Part shown: in pieces, positions 27,171 through 40,899 of the stretch
Position numbering within the stretch: position 1 is the first letter of the stretch
Layout: each line of letters opens with the position of its first letter
NCBI RefSeq assembly: GCF_006345805.1
Contig: NC_043011.1
Location: 39,568,464-39,632,463, forward strand
DNA: 64,000 nt
Direction of reading: 5' to 3'
Source of the DNA: Octopus sinensis
Lineage: Eukaryota
Position numbers and translations under genes: made by a program
The notes under the pieces: generated by a model
Told to the model about the DNA's origin: nothing
The model's database searches: none
Seen by the model: only the letters and a program-made list of their open reading frames with translations

Positions 27171-27439
27171 AGCACACACAGAGACACATACACACATATA
27201 TAAACCCATATTTAGGGAAAGGAGTAGGTTAAATCTAGGTTACATATATTGCCTGGATATTATCCACTCCATTCCCTAATTTGGGGTTTCTATTCCCATA
27301 CACAGAAAACCCAGTTGCTAACTGTAAAATAACTTTTTTCAGCTTATCGAACTTCGATATGGGATAGGTTGACAACGTTCTATGTCAATAAATCACTATT
27401 GTTCCTGAAAGATGCTTTTTTATACCTTCTACAGACTTA

Positions 27440-27596
27440 TTTACATTATTTACATTATTTACATTTGACAGACATTTGTCCTCATCTTGTTTGTTGTTAA
27501 CACAACGTTTCGGCTGATATACTCTCCAGGCTTTATCGGATGTCTTGGGGAAATTTCGAACTTGGGTTCTCATTCCTAAGGTATTTTTTGATGTTC

Positions 27597-27641
<45 letters not shown>

Positions 27642-27874
27642 CAGGTCACTGCTTGGAATCGAACTCGAAATCTTGGGGTTAGTAGCCTGTGCTCTTAACC
27701 ACTATGCCCATGGGCATATAGCATAGTGGTTAAAAGCGTAGGCTACTAACCTCAAGATTCCAAGTTCAATTCCAAGCAGTGAACTGAATAATAATAATAT
27801 AATAATAATAATAATAATAATAATATATAGAAATAAAAAATAGAAGACTGCCATAGTTATCATGTGAAATTGGT

Positions 27875-27917
<43 letters not shown>

Positions 27918-28100
27918 GTGAAAAATACCTTGGGAATGAGAACCCAGGTTCGAAATTTCCCCAGGGTACTTAATAAAGGCTAGAGGGTATATCAGCTGAA
28001 ACATTGTGTTAACAACAAACAGGACAAGGAAAAATATCCATCAAATGTAAATAATGTAAATAGTGTACATAATTCCTCATCTCTTAAATATAGAACTGTA
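27440..28100. mobile_element. Head-to-head inverted pair of tRNA-headed, hammerhead-bearing Penelope pseudo-LTRs
   Basis: The centre is the perfect palindrome tatgcccatgggcata (27703-27718). Both arms have A and B boxes, (AAT)n and hammerhead-like motifs (27544-27499 minus, ~27965-28010 plus). Confidence 0.8.
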
Positions 28101-28208
28101 CTTTTACGGACTACTTCAAACTTATTAACTTCCTACACTTTGATCTTTGGATCTTACCTTTACATATCATTGTGTATGTATGTCTGTGTTTGTGTGTGTG
28201 TGTGTGTA

Positions 28209-28263
<55 letters not shown>

Positions 28264-28274
28264 ATGTGTGTTAA

Positions 28275-28540
28275 GGCACGTGGCACAGTGGTTAGAGGGT
28301 TGGACTCACAATCATGAAGTAGTAAGTTCAGTTCCCAGACCAGGCTGTGTGTTGTGCTCCTGAGCAAGACACTTTATTTCATGTTGCTCCAGTTCACTTC
28401 ACTGTAGAAATGACTTCCAAGCTGTATCAGCCTTTTGCCTTTCCTTTGGATAATGTCAGTGGGACGGAGAGGGAAGTCTGGTATGCATGGTATGCATGGG
28501 TGCATGCCATGATCATTGAAGACCGAAGGGGGTCTTTACC
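28275..28540 (+). mobile_element. Family B SINE
   Basis: It is a relative of 10020-10352. Confidence 0.7.
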
Positions 28541-28580
<40 letters not shown>

Positions 28581-28591
28581 ACCTAGCAAGA

Positions 28592-28779
28592 GTCCTTTTC
28601 TTTTAGTGCCTCATTAATTTAACACACTTACCGATTTCCACTCATTTACTTATTCATTTTTACTAAAATTTTTGTTGTGGCTTGCAAACTTTTCAATGAA
28701 AATTTAAGTAAAACTAAATAAATAAATGCGTGGAAATTGGTGAATGTGTTAAATTAATAATGTACTAAAAGAGAATGAC
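28592..28779. mobile_element. MITE-like fold-back with ~80-bp imperfect arms
   Basis: The arm gtccttttcttttagtgcctcattaatttaacac... matches the inverse of ...gtgttaaattaataatgtactaaaagagaatgac. Confidence 0.7.
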
Positions 28780-28943
28780 TTTCCCCAGACAAAATAAAAT
28801 ATGCTTCAGCATACAAATTCACATAAAGAATCTTGCAAACCACATACAAAAACGAAATATATATATATATGTATGTATATATATATATATATTCACACAT
28901 CTACATATATACACATATAATATACCATCATCATATGCACATA

Positions 28944-28995
<52 letters not shown>

Positions 28996-29419
28996 TTTAT
29001 TATCATTATTATTATTAATAGTGGGGAATATAAAATTCCAAACTTACAGGGAAAAATTCAATTTAGCAATTCTAAATCAAATTTCACAATATATAATATA
29101 TGTATATAATTAAGAGAAATAACCTCTAATAAAAGTTATTCAATTGATAGTGAAAGATATTATCTATATTAAATCATAAAGAAAAAATTTTAATATTATA
29201 ATAAATATTATTCTAAAAATCACTAAATTAAATAGACAACGCACATTTTGTGACTATATCTTTAAATTGATAATAATAAAATTGATACTATTAAAATCAA
29301 TTTGATTTAGAATTCAATTAATTCGATTTAAAAAATTAGTCACTCTTCAGGTCTAAAATAATAAAATAAATGTATGTATCTCAACATATAATAATTAAAA
29401 ATAAATATAGAAATATACG

Positions 29420-30626
29420 TATCATAACAATAAATAATGTTCATTTAGAGCACAGTTTAAGCTATCTTTTCGTGGATGAAGGTTTATGTTCCTATAACCT
29501 GTGTTAATTCTGTAACCCTTTAAAATGGAAGATAAGAAAGTTCATTTTCAGCACTTGATGCTTTTCTTTTTCCATAAAGGGGAAAATGCCTCACAAACAA
29601 CCAAAGAAATATGCGCAGTTTACGGTGATGTTTCTTTATCCGAAAGAACTGTACGGAAGTGGTTCGCAAGGTTCTGAGCTGGAGATTGTAGCCTTATTGA
29701 TAAAGAGCGATCAGGCAGACCATCCACTACAGATGATGACCAAATCAAGTCATTAATTGAGAATAACCCACACTGCTTAACCTGAGAATTAGCAGAAAGC
29801 CTCAACTTATCAAAATCTGTCTTTCATGAGCACCTGGTAAAGCTTGGGTACACAAATCACTACGATGTTTGGGTACTACATGAGTTGAGTGAGAAGAACC
29901 TTTTGGATCGCATTTCCATCTGTGATTCGCTTTATAACCGGAATGAAAACACGCCTTTTTAAAGCAAACTGTGACAGGTGATGAGAAATGGATTGTCTAC
30001 CGAAATGTTCAGAGAAAGCAATCCTGGAGTAAGCAACATGAGCCTACCTTAGCCACCCCAAAAGTGGGTCTTCACCCTAAAACGTCTTACTTTGTGTCTG
30101 GTAGGATTGGAAAGGAATTCTGTACTATGAGCTTCTCCCAATTAACCAGACAATTAATTCTGAGAAATACTGCACACAACTACACGAGTTAAAAGCAGCA
30201 ATTCAAGAGAAACGTCCAGAATTGGCCAACAGGAAGGGTGTTGTTTTCCAACATGATAATGCAAGACTGCATGTTTCTTTGGGGACCAGACAAAAATTGC
30301 TGCAGCTCAGCTAAGATATGTTACCCCACCCTCCATATTCACCAGATATTGCTCATTCGGATTTCCACTTATTCAGGTCTCTGCAGAATAGTCTTAATGG
30401 TAAAAATTTCAGTTCCTTGGATGATGTAAAAAGATACCTTGATGAATTCTTTGTCATGAAACCACCTCAATTCTGGAAAGAGGATATTTTCAAGTTAATG
30501 GAAAGATGGAGACACATTGTGCAACAAAATGGTTCATATTTGGTTGATTAAAAAGGTAATGGCAAGCATTTATTGACATTTTTCTTTCCTTTAAAAATCA
30601 ACACAAACTTTATGGACAACCCAATA
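29420..30626 (+). mobile_element. Mariner (mellifera-like, D,D34D) transposon with a disrupted transposase at 29525-30551
   Basis: Motifs are MEDKKVHF..., WVLHEL, TGDEKW, HDNARLH and YSPDIAHSDFHLF. It carries stops and frameshifts. The right TIR ...ggacaacccaa+TA ends at 30626. I could not find the left TIR. Confidence 0.9.
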
Positions 30627-31703
30627 TCATGAACATCATGATAATTTCATATTTGCTTTCCTTGTTGACATGAGCTAAATGGTTTACCTCAGTTTATAAA
30701 TGAATTTTACATCTTAATCAAATTAAAGCCCTTCTCAGCATAGCTGGGGACCATGTTGTATATTTTTAATTTCAGAATGATTTCTACCCGAGATGCCCTT
30801 CAAAACATCATCTGTAAATAACATGTACAGGGTGCATTTTTATCATGGCACCAGCACTAAAAACATTATCATGAGACAGGTTTGAGCATACTTTCCACCT
30901 CAAAGAATCTTGCACCATTTGGCAAATACCACATGCCAAACCAAGACTACGGTATAAGAGGTTCACACACAAGTGCCATGCAGCTGGTTTGAACCCAGAA
31001 CCACAGAACTGCAAGACAATCTTCTTAACTATATACTATACTTCTGATGATATATGTAGTTTAATGAGATTTTTGCCACTACTTAAGTTTCACATTCTAC
31101 AATCTTTCAAGTAAATGTAGGGCGATGGTGGGGAGAGAGGATATATATATGTAAGTATGTGTGTGCATGTATATATATGCGTGTATATATGTCTGTAGGT
31201 ATGTGTGTATGCACATATGCATTTATTTATGTAGTTGCATAAATATGTGTGTGTGTATGTTTGTATGTATGTATATTTGTATGTATGTATGTATGCATGT
31301 ATGGATGGATGGATGGATGGATGTGTGTATGTATGTACATATATGTGCATGTATGTATGTATGTGTGTGAGTATTTTGGTTTTTATAGAGTGTGTCGGTG
31401 TGCCTGTATTGGTGTGCAAGAGTCTGCATGTGTAGAAAGCTATAAGCCCAAACACATAAGAAAACTGATAACATAAATAAATCCTGTATGTGATAAACCT
31501 TATAGGCATACGAAATTTGATATAAAAACAGTGATCGCACAGATCAGGCTTCTTCAAGATATTCCAGACTTTATGTATATATGCATTCATAATAATCTCT
31601 CTCTCTCTCTCGCTCTCTCTCTCTCAGACACCCACACACACACTCTCTTTCCCAATCTGTATGTGTGACTGTGTGCATGGGTGCGTGGTTGTGGATGTGT
31701 ATG

Positions 31704-31738
<35 letters not shown>

Positions 31739-31999
31739 ATATGCATATATATATATGTGTGTGTGTGTGTATATATGTGTGTGTGTGTGTATGTATGTAT
31801 ACACACACAGACACACACACATTTACATATATATACACACACATGCACATATTTATATATAGATATAGATATATGTACATATGAATATCTACAGACATAG
31901 ATATTGACATAAGTAGACATTTAATTTTTTGATAGTCACTTCTAAGTTTCACTAGAATATTCAAATTAATACACGTATATATGTGTGTACATACATATA

Positions 32000-32098
<99 letters not shown>

Positions 32099-33488
32099 TA
32101 TATATTATATATATATATACACACACACATGCACACATATATAAATAAACAGATAATAATATAATATACTTAAATGCATTGATATGAACACACATATAAT
32201 CCCACTCTAATATATGTGTCTGCCTATAAGCACATAAAAACTAACTTTACAGAAGAAAAACCAAGGTAAAGTCAATGATAAAGAGGAGGGAAAACGATAT
32301 GGAAAAAGAAAAGCAAAGAATATGCACATGAAATATGAACAGATTTAGTATACAAAGTAGTGTTAAGACATATACAAATTCAAGTTTGTATACAAAATGC
32401 TTATTTTGAAAGTGGTATATCTGTATAAACACACACACACACATTGAAACAAGAATATTTATAGTAATAAATACATGCACATAATTTTATCTGTCTGTCT
32501 ATTCATCCGTCTATCAATCTCTCTCTTTTTTTTCATCCTCTCTTTATATATATATATGTATGCTTGTGTATTCATACTTATATATATATATATATATATT
32601 TACATACAAACATGTGTAGGTCTGTGTGTGTGTATGTATATATATATATATATATACGTAGTTTGTCTGTGTACATTTCTGTGTGTATGTTTGAATGGAG
32701 TAATATTTCACTATATTGAAATATAAGCTTAATCTTCAAGGAAAATTAAAATAAACAAGCTATAACACATGTTGAAAATAAAATAACCATTTAATAAAAC
32801 TAAATGCATATTAACTTTTACCTTTTTGTATTTCTATATACATCATTATATTTATGTATACATTTTATATTATGATATACTATATTATATACATTCTTCC
32901 AGAAACACCAACATTTTTTTTAATTCAGGCAATTCTTGTACATACAATTTTTTGCTTTTTATTTTTGTAAAAGGGACATTTGCAAATTTCTCATGATGTA
33001 TTAAATTCACACCACACTAGAATATCCTGTTGGTAACAACATACTTCTCCAGACAGATTATTTTCTTTTGTTCTGTTTGAAAGGAGGAATCTTTTCCGAA
33101 ATATTGAAAGCTCATTAAATAAACTTATATAAGGTAATACACAATCTCTCTTCTTTGTTTTCATTTACTGACATCACCTTACATATTTTTTCTCATTTCT
33201 TCCATGCATTGTTCAATAATTTTCAAACATAGAAAATATCTTAGGCTAAAACAACACCCAATAGTCTGTTTGAGCAGTTTATCACAGATCACTCACAAGC
33301 TGGACACACTATAAACCTAAATATTTCTTAAAATTTCCTCAATGAAAGCAATGAAATTAGCAAAGAAAATGTCAAACCAGCTTTGATATTCTACTTTATG
33401 TAGTCTTGAAATTGTCGTTGCAAGCTAAATTTATACTAGGCTGATAATATTTTTTTACAAAAATTAGAAAAAGAAATATAGTGTAGAG

Positions 33489-36484
33489 CAGTGGTTTTCA
33501 ACCAGGGTTCTGCGGAATCTTAGGGTTCCACCAGTACAGTACAGGGGTTCCGTAAGAAGTTACATAAATGCTAAAATCGACAGTAATTTTTAATTCTCCT
33601 GTGCAGGTATCTGTGTATTTGTAAGGCTTACGTGTACATCTACGATTTGCACGCCAGCGTAGATGACTCTGATCCTTGGTGTGTATATGTAGGCCTATGA
33701 CATGTACAACTACGAGTTACTTGCCAGCGTAGATGACCCTGATCTTTGCTGTGTACATGTACGTGCACATCTATGAGTTGCATGCCAGCTTAGATGATGG
33801 TTTAGTTTCTTTTGTAAAATTCGAATGACTGTATTTGGAAGAAACATTTTAAGTGCGTAAGCCATTTAGGTGTTGTTAATCCGCCTCTTAAAAGATCTTT
33901 AGCTTTTGAAAAGGTGTTTTTGTAAAAAATTTTTTTCTTGTATGACGTCTATTAATATTTGGTCAAATGTTAAGATTAAAAAATTCAAAAGTGAGTTGAA
34001 TTACATATTTAGGAAAAAATAAGAAATAGGGAAACTGATACTAAATTATAAGATATGTAAATATACATAAATATTAATTCCTTACAAATTTCTAAATTAG
34101 AACAAGGAACAAATACATGACATTTTAAATTCAAATCCGAAAATCTATTTTATCATTATATGCATATTGTTTAAATATAATCAAATACCTATTACTAAAA
34201 AAAAAAACCATCAATGAAAAAGCTAAATTTTACATCATTAAACACGCTACACTTTAAAGATCATTTTGTCCTGCCACTATTAGGTTTGCTTTTATATATA
34301 TACAATTCTGCTTACAGCCTTACAAGTATGGATAGATTTCTGAAAAAATGTAAGTTAGATACAGATGAAGAGAGGCAGGGTCTGAGGCAGTCTGTTGAAG
34401 CTGCATCCACTGCCAGTGATGCTGCCTCGTTGAAATAACCAAGAAATGATGGAATCAACTTGCAACTAAAAGTTCATCAATATTGTGAAAACTACATAGC
34501 TCTGGGATTTACTTGGACTAGAAACCCAGACTGCCCTTCACCTTTGTGTACTGTTTGTGGGGAGAAGCTGGCTAATAGTGCTATGGCACCAGCCAAACTG
34601 AAACAACACTTAACAACTAAACATCCAGAGTTGTCAGGCAAAAATTAACAATATTTTAAAAGAGAATTGGCATTTAATAAAAGGCAAGTTTCTATGTTTG
34701 CCAAAAAGTTCAAGTTGAGTGACAAAGGACAAGAAGCAAGTTATGCTGTGGCGGAGATAGTTGCAAGAAAAATGAAATCTCATAACATCGCTGAAGCTGT
34801 AATTTTACCTGCATGCCAGGAAATAGTGAGGATAATGTTTGGAGAGGATGCTGTATCAGAGCTAAATAAAATTCCACTTTCTGACAACACAATAAGTAGG
34901 CGCATTCAAGACATATCAGGAGACATTCAGTGCAATATTAAGTCAAAAATACTGAAACATAAGTTGTTTGCACTTCAAGTTGATGAGAGTACAGACATCA
35001 CTGGTAAAGCACAGCTCCTTGTATTTGTTCGTTTTATTAATGATGAAGCTATTATAGAAGACTTCCTGTGTTGCAAAGTGTTGCCAGAAACAAGAAAAGG
35101 ACGTATTTGATGTTTTGAATTCATATTTAGAGTATTGTGGATCAAACTGGAAAAACTGTGTTGATATTTGTACAGATGGTGCCCCTGCAATGACAGGATA
35201 TCTTAAAGGCTTTGTCCCAATCGCACAAAAGCAAAATCCAAATATTATCCATACTCATTGTTTCATTCATAGAGAAGCACTTCTTGCTAAAACTCTTGGA
35301 CCTGAACTAAAATCTGCATTTGATATGGTAGTGAAAATAGTTAATTACATCAAATGAAGCCACTTAAATGACGACAGTTTGCGAAACTTTGTGTGGGTAT
35401 GGAAGCAGGCCATTCCACCTTAATCCAGCACACAGAAATATGATTGTTGTCAAGAGAAAAAGTATTGTCTCGTTTTTACGAATTAAGAGAAGAGTTATTG
35501 ACCTTTTGTTTGTAAGAAAACCTGAAAGACTGTAGAATGTTTGAGTGATGACCATTGGTGTTCCAAGTTAGCATATCTTGCCGATATATTTCATGAGCTG
35601 AACCTCTTGAACAATGGCATGCAGGGCAGGAACGAAAAATTCTTGTCTTCTACTGACAAAATAAATGCTTTTCAGAAGAAATTGACAATATGGAAGAAAC
35701 GCATAGCTGCAGGAAATTTGGAAATGTTTCCAAGTGTTTTTAAAAGGAATTGTTAAGAAATTGCACTACTGATTTTGAACCATTTGCACACTTTGTTAAC
35801 AAATCTTGACAAATATTTTCCATCGATATCTGTTGACCAGTATGACTGGATTAAAAACCCATTTGTGGAATTGAGCCATTTGAAGAACAGTTCACATTAA
35901 GAGAAGAAGAAGAACTTCCTGGTGTTTTAAATGACAGAACATTAAAGTTGAAGCATTCTGAGCTTCACCTGAATGCATTTTGGTTGCTGGTTGAAAAAGA
36001 ATATCCTGCAATCGCCCAGAAAATGCTACATCTTGTGCAGTTTTCAACCTTCTACTTGTGTGAATTTGGATTTTCAGCCCTGACAACCATCAAGCACAAG
36101 AAGCAAACACAATTGCTGTCTGTGGAAGATGGACTTCGTGTGTGTCTATCAAAAACACAACCCAATCTTAAAGATTTGTGCAAGAAACACCAGGCTCAAG
36201 AATCTCATTGAGTTTTTGATGAGAATAAATGTAATCTATTTAAACTAAATTTTTTTTAATACATGTTTTAATAATAACTGTAGATGCAAGAATAAAATTG
36301 CATGTGTATGTGACAATTCTTTTACGGTTTGTGTTTTTATTGTAAATAAATCTGAACATGAGTATTTTCATTTCATTAATTAAATGCTGTTTTTTGCATA
36401 AGACAAATTATTGCACAGGGGTTCCTCAAGCCAGTAGAATGTTTCCTTGAGGTTCCGCTCCAGCAAAAAGGTTGAAAAGCACTG
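33489..36484 (+). mobile_element. Complete Buster-type hAT transposon
   Basis: It has 15-bp TIRs CAGTG(G/C)TTTTCAACC and a perfect 8-bp TSD GTGTAGAG (33481-88, 36485-92) with a central TA. Confidence 0.95.
34328..36211 (+). pseudogene. Disrupted Buster/ZBED5/SCAND3-like transposase
   Basis: It contains a BED finger (CTVCGEKLANSAMAPAKLKQHLTTKHP), LQVDESTD, ICTDGAPAM, HCFIHREAL and a C-terminal dimerisation region. Several stops and frameshifts are present. Confidence 0.9.
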
Positions 36485-36619
36485 GTGTAGAGAGTTCCGT
36501 CTGGTATGTCATGTCATAGGAAATGCATTATTGTATCCTAGCATATTCATTATTTAAGGTCATTTCAGTATATTGTCAGTTAAAGCAATATGATTTATGT
36601 TTTCAGTTTAAATGCAGGA

Positions 36620-36965
36620 ATGACAAATATTTGTAGTGAAAACATGCCCATTAAGCCAGGCAAGCAACATTAAGTGAACTGTGTACGAAGCTGGAATTAC
36701 TTCAACTGTACTATACTAATCAATTAAGTAAAAACACTACATAGGTATGTTTGAAGGCTTGCTCAAGCAGTGTTATTTTAACCAGGCTGCATTTTTCAGA
36801 TACATTCACAAGCAAACTACAACTGCACTAGCTAATTACATTTGGAAGATGAAGGGGCTTAATATGAACCTCAGTATCAAATGTAAAATTCTAGAAAGAA
36901 GTTGACCATACACCAATGGAGCCAAGAAGTGTCAGCTTTGTAAAACAGAAAAAATACATATCTCA
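36620..36965 (+). mobile_element. Degenerate PLE (Neptune-like) GIY-YIG C-terminal remnant
   Basis: It reads TTALANYIWKMK...IKCKILERS*PYTNGAKKCQLCKTEK. Confidence 0.55.
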
Positions 36966-37104
36966 CTGAAATTGGAAATTTGCAAACTATTTCAAAAACC
37001 ACAGTGGTTTTCTTCACAAGTTCCTCCATCCTCAATTATTCAACTAGTATCTTCTAAATTTGCACAACACTCAAATTTGCAAACATCTGTTACACAAATA
37101 TTTA

Positions 37105-37335
37105 CTCTTTTACTCTTTTACTTGTTTCAGTCATTTGACTGTGGCCATGCTGGAGCACTGCCTTTAGTTGAGCAAATTGACCCCAGGACATATTCTTCGT
37201 AAGCCCAGTACTTATTCTATTGGACTCTTTTGCCGAACTACTAAGTTACGGGGACGTAATCACACAAGCATTGTTGTTAAGCGATGTTGGGAGGACAAAC
37301 ACAGACACAAACATACACACACACACACACACACA
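37105..37335 (-). mobile_element. Family A SINE tail half
   Basis: Family A tail motifs are present. Confidence 0.75.
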
Positions 37336-37336
37336 C

Positions 37337-38800
37337 AAGGATTAGAATCGAAGGGTCTTAGAATCAACCTAGCTAAAACCGAAGTCCTAATAAGTAGAAG
37401 GCAGGCAAACCACAAATCCCTTCAGGTAGTTGGCCCTGCTCGATCTGTAGAAAAGGTGTAGGTAGAAACTCGTGTCAGCTATGGACACATAAGACGTGCA
37501 GCAATATCAAAGGAAGGCTAGCTGGGAAGATAGTTTATGTATGTGGCAGATGCTCAGGAGCAATAAACATTGAAAATGTGCAGAGAACAACTCCTGCCAC
37601 ATTCCAAGGAGAAAAACTAGAAGTAGTTGATAGCTTCCGTTACCTAGGTGGCCAAGTCAGTAGCTGGGGAGGGTGCACTGAAAGTGTAGCTGCTAGAATA
37701 AGAATAGCTTGGGCAAAGTTCAGAGAGATCTTGCCTCTGCTGGTGACAAAAGCCCTCTCACTCAGAGTAAAAGGTAGACTGTATGATGTATGTGTATGAA
37801 CAGCCATGCTACATGGCAGTGAAGCATGGGCTGTGACTGTTGAGGACATGTGTAAGCTTGCAAGGAATGAGGCCAGTATGCTCCGATGGATGTGTAATGT
37901 CAGTGTGCATACTCGACAGAGTGTAAGTACCTTGAGAGAAAAGTTGGACCTAAGAAGCATCAGATGTGGTGTGCAAGAGAGACAACTGTGCTGGTATTGC
38001 CATGTGGCGAGAATGGATGTGGATAGCTGGGTGAAAAAGTGCCACACTCTACAGGTTGATGGAACCTGTGAAAGATGTAGATCCAAGAAGACCTTGGATG
38101 AGGTGGTGAAGCATGACCTTTGAACATTGGGCCTCACCAAGGTAATGACTAGTGACAGGGACTTTTGGAAACATGCTGCACTTGAGAAGACTCAGCAAAC
38201 CAAGTGAGACCATAACCTCGTGGCCTGTGCCAGGGGTGTAACCAGCCCACTTATGCGCACCTTTCCTTCAATGGACACTAAACTCAGCTTGCAAAGACCT
38301 GCCTGTTAAGGCAAGTGAAATCGAAATTGAAATCAAATTCGATGACTGGCATCCATGCTAGTGGAGCGCTAAGAGTACCATCCAAGCATGATCGTTGCCA
38401 GAGCAACAAACTGGCTTCCATGCGGGTGACACATAAAATGCACTATTCGAGCATAATCGTTACCTACATCGCCTTACTGGCACCTGTGCTGGTGGCACGT
38501 GAAAAAAACATTCAAGTAAAGTTATTGCTATTGCCGCTGGACTGGCTTCTGTGCAGGTGGCACATAAAAAGCATCATTTGAGCATGGCCATTGCCAGTAC
38601 CGCCTGACTGGCCCTCATGCCGGTGGCATGTAAAAGCACCCACTACACTCTCAGAGTGGTTGGCGTTAGGAAGAGCATCCAGCTGTAGAAACTCTGCCAG
38701 ATCAGATTGGAGCCTGGTGCAGCCGTTTGGTTTGCCAGACCTCAGTCAAATCGTCCAACACATGCTAGAAAGCGAACATTAAACAATGATGATGATGATC
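37337..38800 (+). mobile_element. 5'-truncated RTE-clade LINE: RT C-terminus (to ~38205) plus a 3' UTR ending in the family D sequence
   Basis: It reads GLRINLAKTEVL, EVVDSFRYLG, RIAWAKFRE, MLHGSEAW and LRWMC. The UTR ends in ggttggcgttaggaagagcatccagc...(gat)n. Confidence 0.88.
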
Positions 38801-39534
38801 ATGATTATTGACATTAACACTTAGCAGTACACAAGATGCTGTGTCATATATATATATATGAGCTGAATATGCAACTATTCATATTTTTGCTCAGTAGCCC
38901 AAGTGGAAGCCAAAGTTAGGCTTATATATATACTTGGAAAAAGGATGTGTGGTGTTCGATCATATAATAATATAAATAATATATAAATATATGCATACAT
39001 ATATGTACATACCTACATCTATATGTATATATACATGCATATATGGGTACAGGACATCACAAAAACGTTGAACACAAAGAGAAACGAAAAAATAAAAACA
39101 AAAACATGGAAACAAACTTTTTTTCAAACAATGCAAAAACAGAGTTCAAGATATACAACACAAGGAATATTCCCCTTCTTCAGTTGTCCCTGTTTTGTCT
39201 ACTCCACGTTTCAAAGGTAAGGACAAGACACGACTTCGGTGAAACAGTTCTTCCTGCACAGCAAATTAAATACATCACTGACATTGAAGAGGACACTCGC
39301 CCAAAATGCCACACAATGGGACTGAACCCAGAACCATCTGGATGGGAAGCAAGCTCCTTTCAACACAGCTGCACCTGCACCCATAAGTGCATAGATATAT
39401 CAATATAATATAAATATATGTATATATACATTTATATATGTGTGTGTGTATGTATACATATAAATATATATATATATATACGTATATATATATATATACA
39501 CACACACATATCTACATACACATATATATATATA

Positions 39535-39601
<67 letters not shown>

Positions 39602-40899
39602 ATATAAACGCATATACGCATATATGTGCATGTGCATGTATGTATATAAAATATATGTGTATACACACACACACATCTATTGTAAAAGAGTAATGTCAAA
39701 ATGTACTTCTGGAGGAATATTTCATTCACAAACACATCTAACCAAGTATCAACAACGATTATCAATTTATTTTAATCTTGTTCTTGTTATTGTTTTTTAT
39801 TGTTTGTTTGTTTTTTTAAATCACCCAAGTGATCAATCACGATAATGTTCACAAAAATATTAACAAAAAAAAAAAAATAGAAGAGAAAACACCGAACGAA
39901 ATTAACGACTGTCGGCACCATAAACACTTCTTTCTAGTAAAAGGATTTTTGACATTCTAACAACAAACTTCTTTGCATTTATTTATTACAGATTATTCTT
40001 CCCAAATTATGTAAATATGGATTCATCATCTTCTTTCCTTTTGTTTTTTTTTAAATGTATTTACATTTCAATTTTTTTAAATTTCTTTATCGCATATTTT
40101 GGTTATGCTGAGGAATTTTGTATATGGAAATAACTGCAACCTTTCGGGGCTTTTTAACAGAGTACCCAATTTCAAATAGTGGTTGCTAGCAAGTTACTAC
40201 TTCTGTGCCTATATACAATGCGATTACTTTCTGTAGTTTCTCTACTTTTAATCTGATGTGTGTACATTGTTATTCTTTCAGCAAAATTTTATCTCCTGGA
40301 TTTGTTTTATCAATATAAATTCTCTTAACTTCCAGATTTTTCATTGCCACATGAAATGGCAACCAGAAATTTTTTTTTTTTTTGTTCTCTTCTTTTGTGT
40401 GTGTGTGTGTGTGTGTGTTAAATAATTCAAACATTGAGCTACCTTTGAAGTTAAATATATGGCCTTGTTTGTAAACTCAACGAATATTCCACAATTTGGT
40501 CGACTGCATTACTTAATCCATCCGACATTTATAAAACAAACCTACCTTGCTGCATTGAGGTTTTATTTACATTTTTTTTTTATGGTGTTTGTCACTTATT
40601 TTTAATTATGTTATTGCTGTTTAGCCCCAGGTCAGCCCTGACTAATCAGACCTATGATCAAACACATTCCAGCTATGTCAGTCCAGTATATATTTATGTA
40701 TCGAAACCTACATTATCCAATGTGTCCTTTCTTTTTTTAAAGTGGTAGAATGTTATTTGAAGGATATTTTGATATTTTTCCTTTACAAAACCATGGTAAG
40801 CCTAGCCACTTGTAAATATAGATGTTACATTTCTGTTCAACCGTCACAATCCACATCAATGCAACTCCATATGATATCAGTGGCCGCTGCAATCTGCAG

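Noticed and set aside
34214-34327. N-terminal extension MKKLNFTSL... of the hAT transposase
   Set aside because: It is low-complexity AT-rich sequence. MDRFLKK at 34328 is the typical start for this family.
34328-36211. Domesticated ZBED5/SCAND3 gene
   Set aside because: It has multiple stops and frameshifts, and the intact TIRs and TSD indicate a transposon copy.
39170-39230. Permuted (type II) hammerhead on the minus strand
   Set aside because: GAAAC and CTGAAGA are present, but no convincing helix I, helix III or NUH triplet is.
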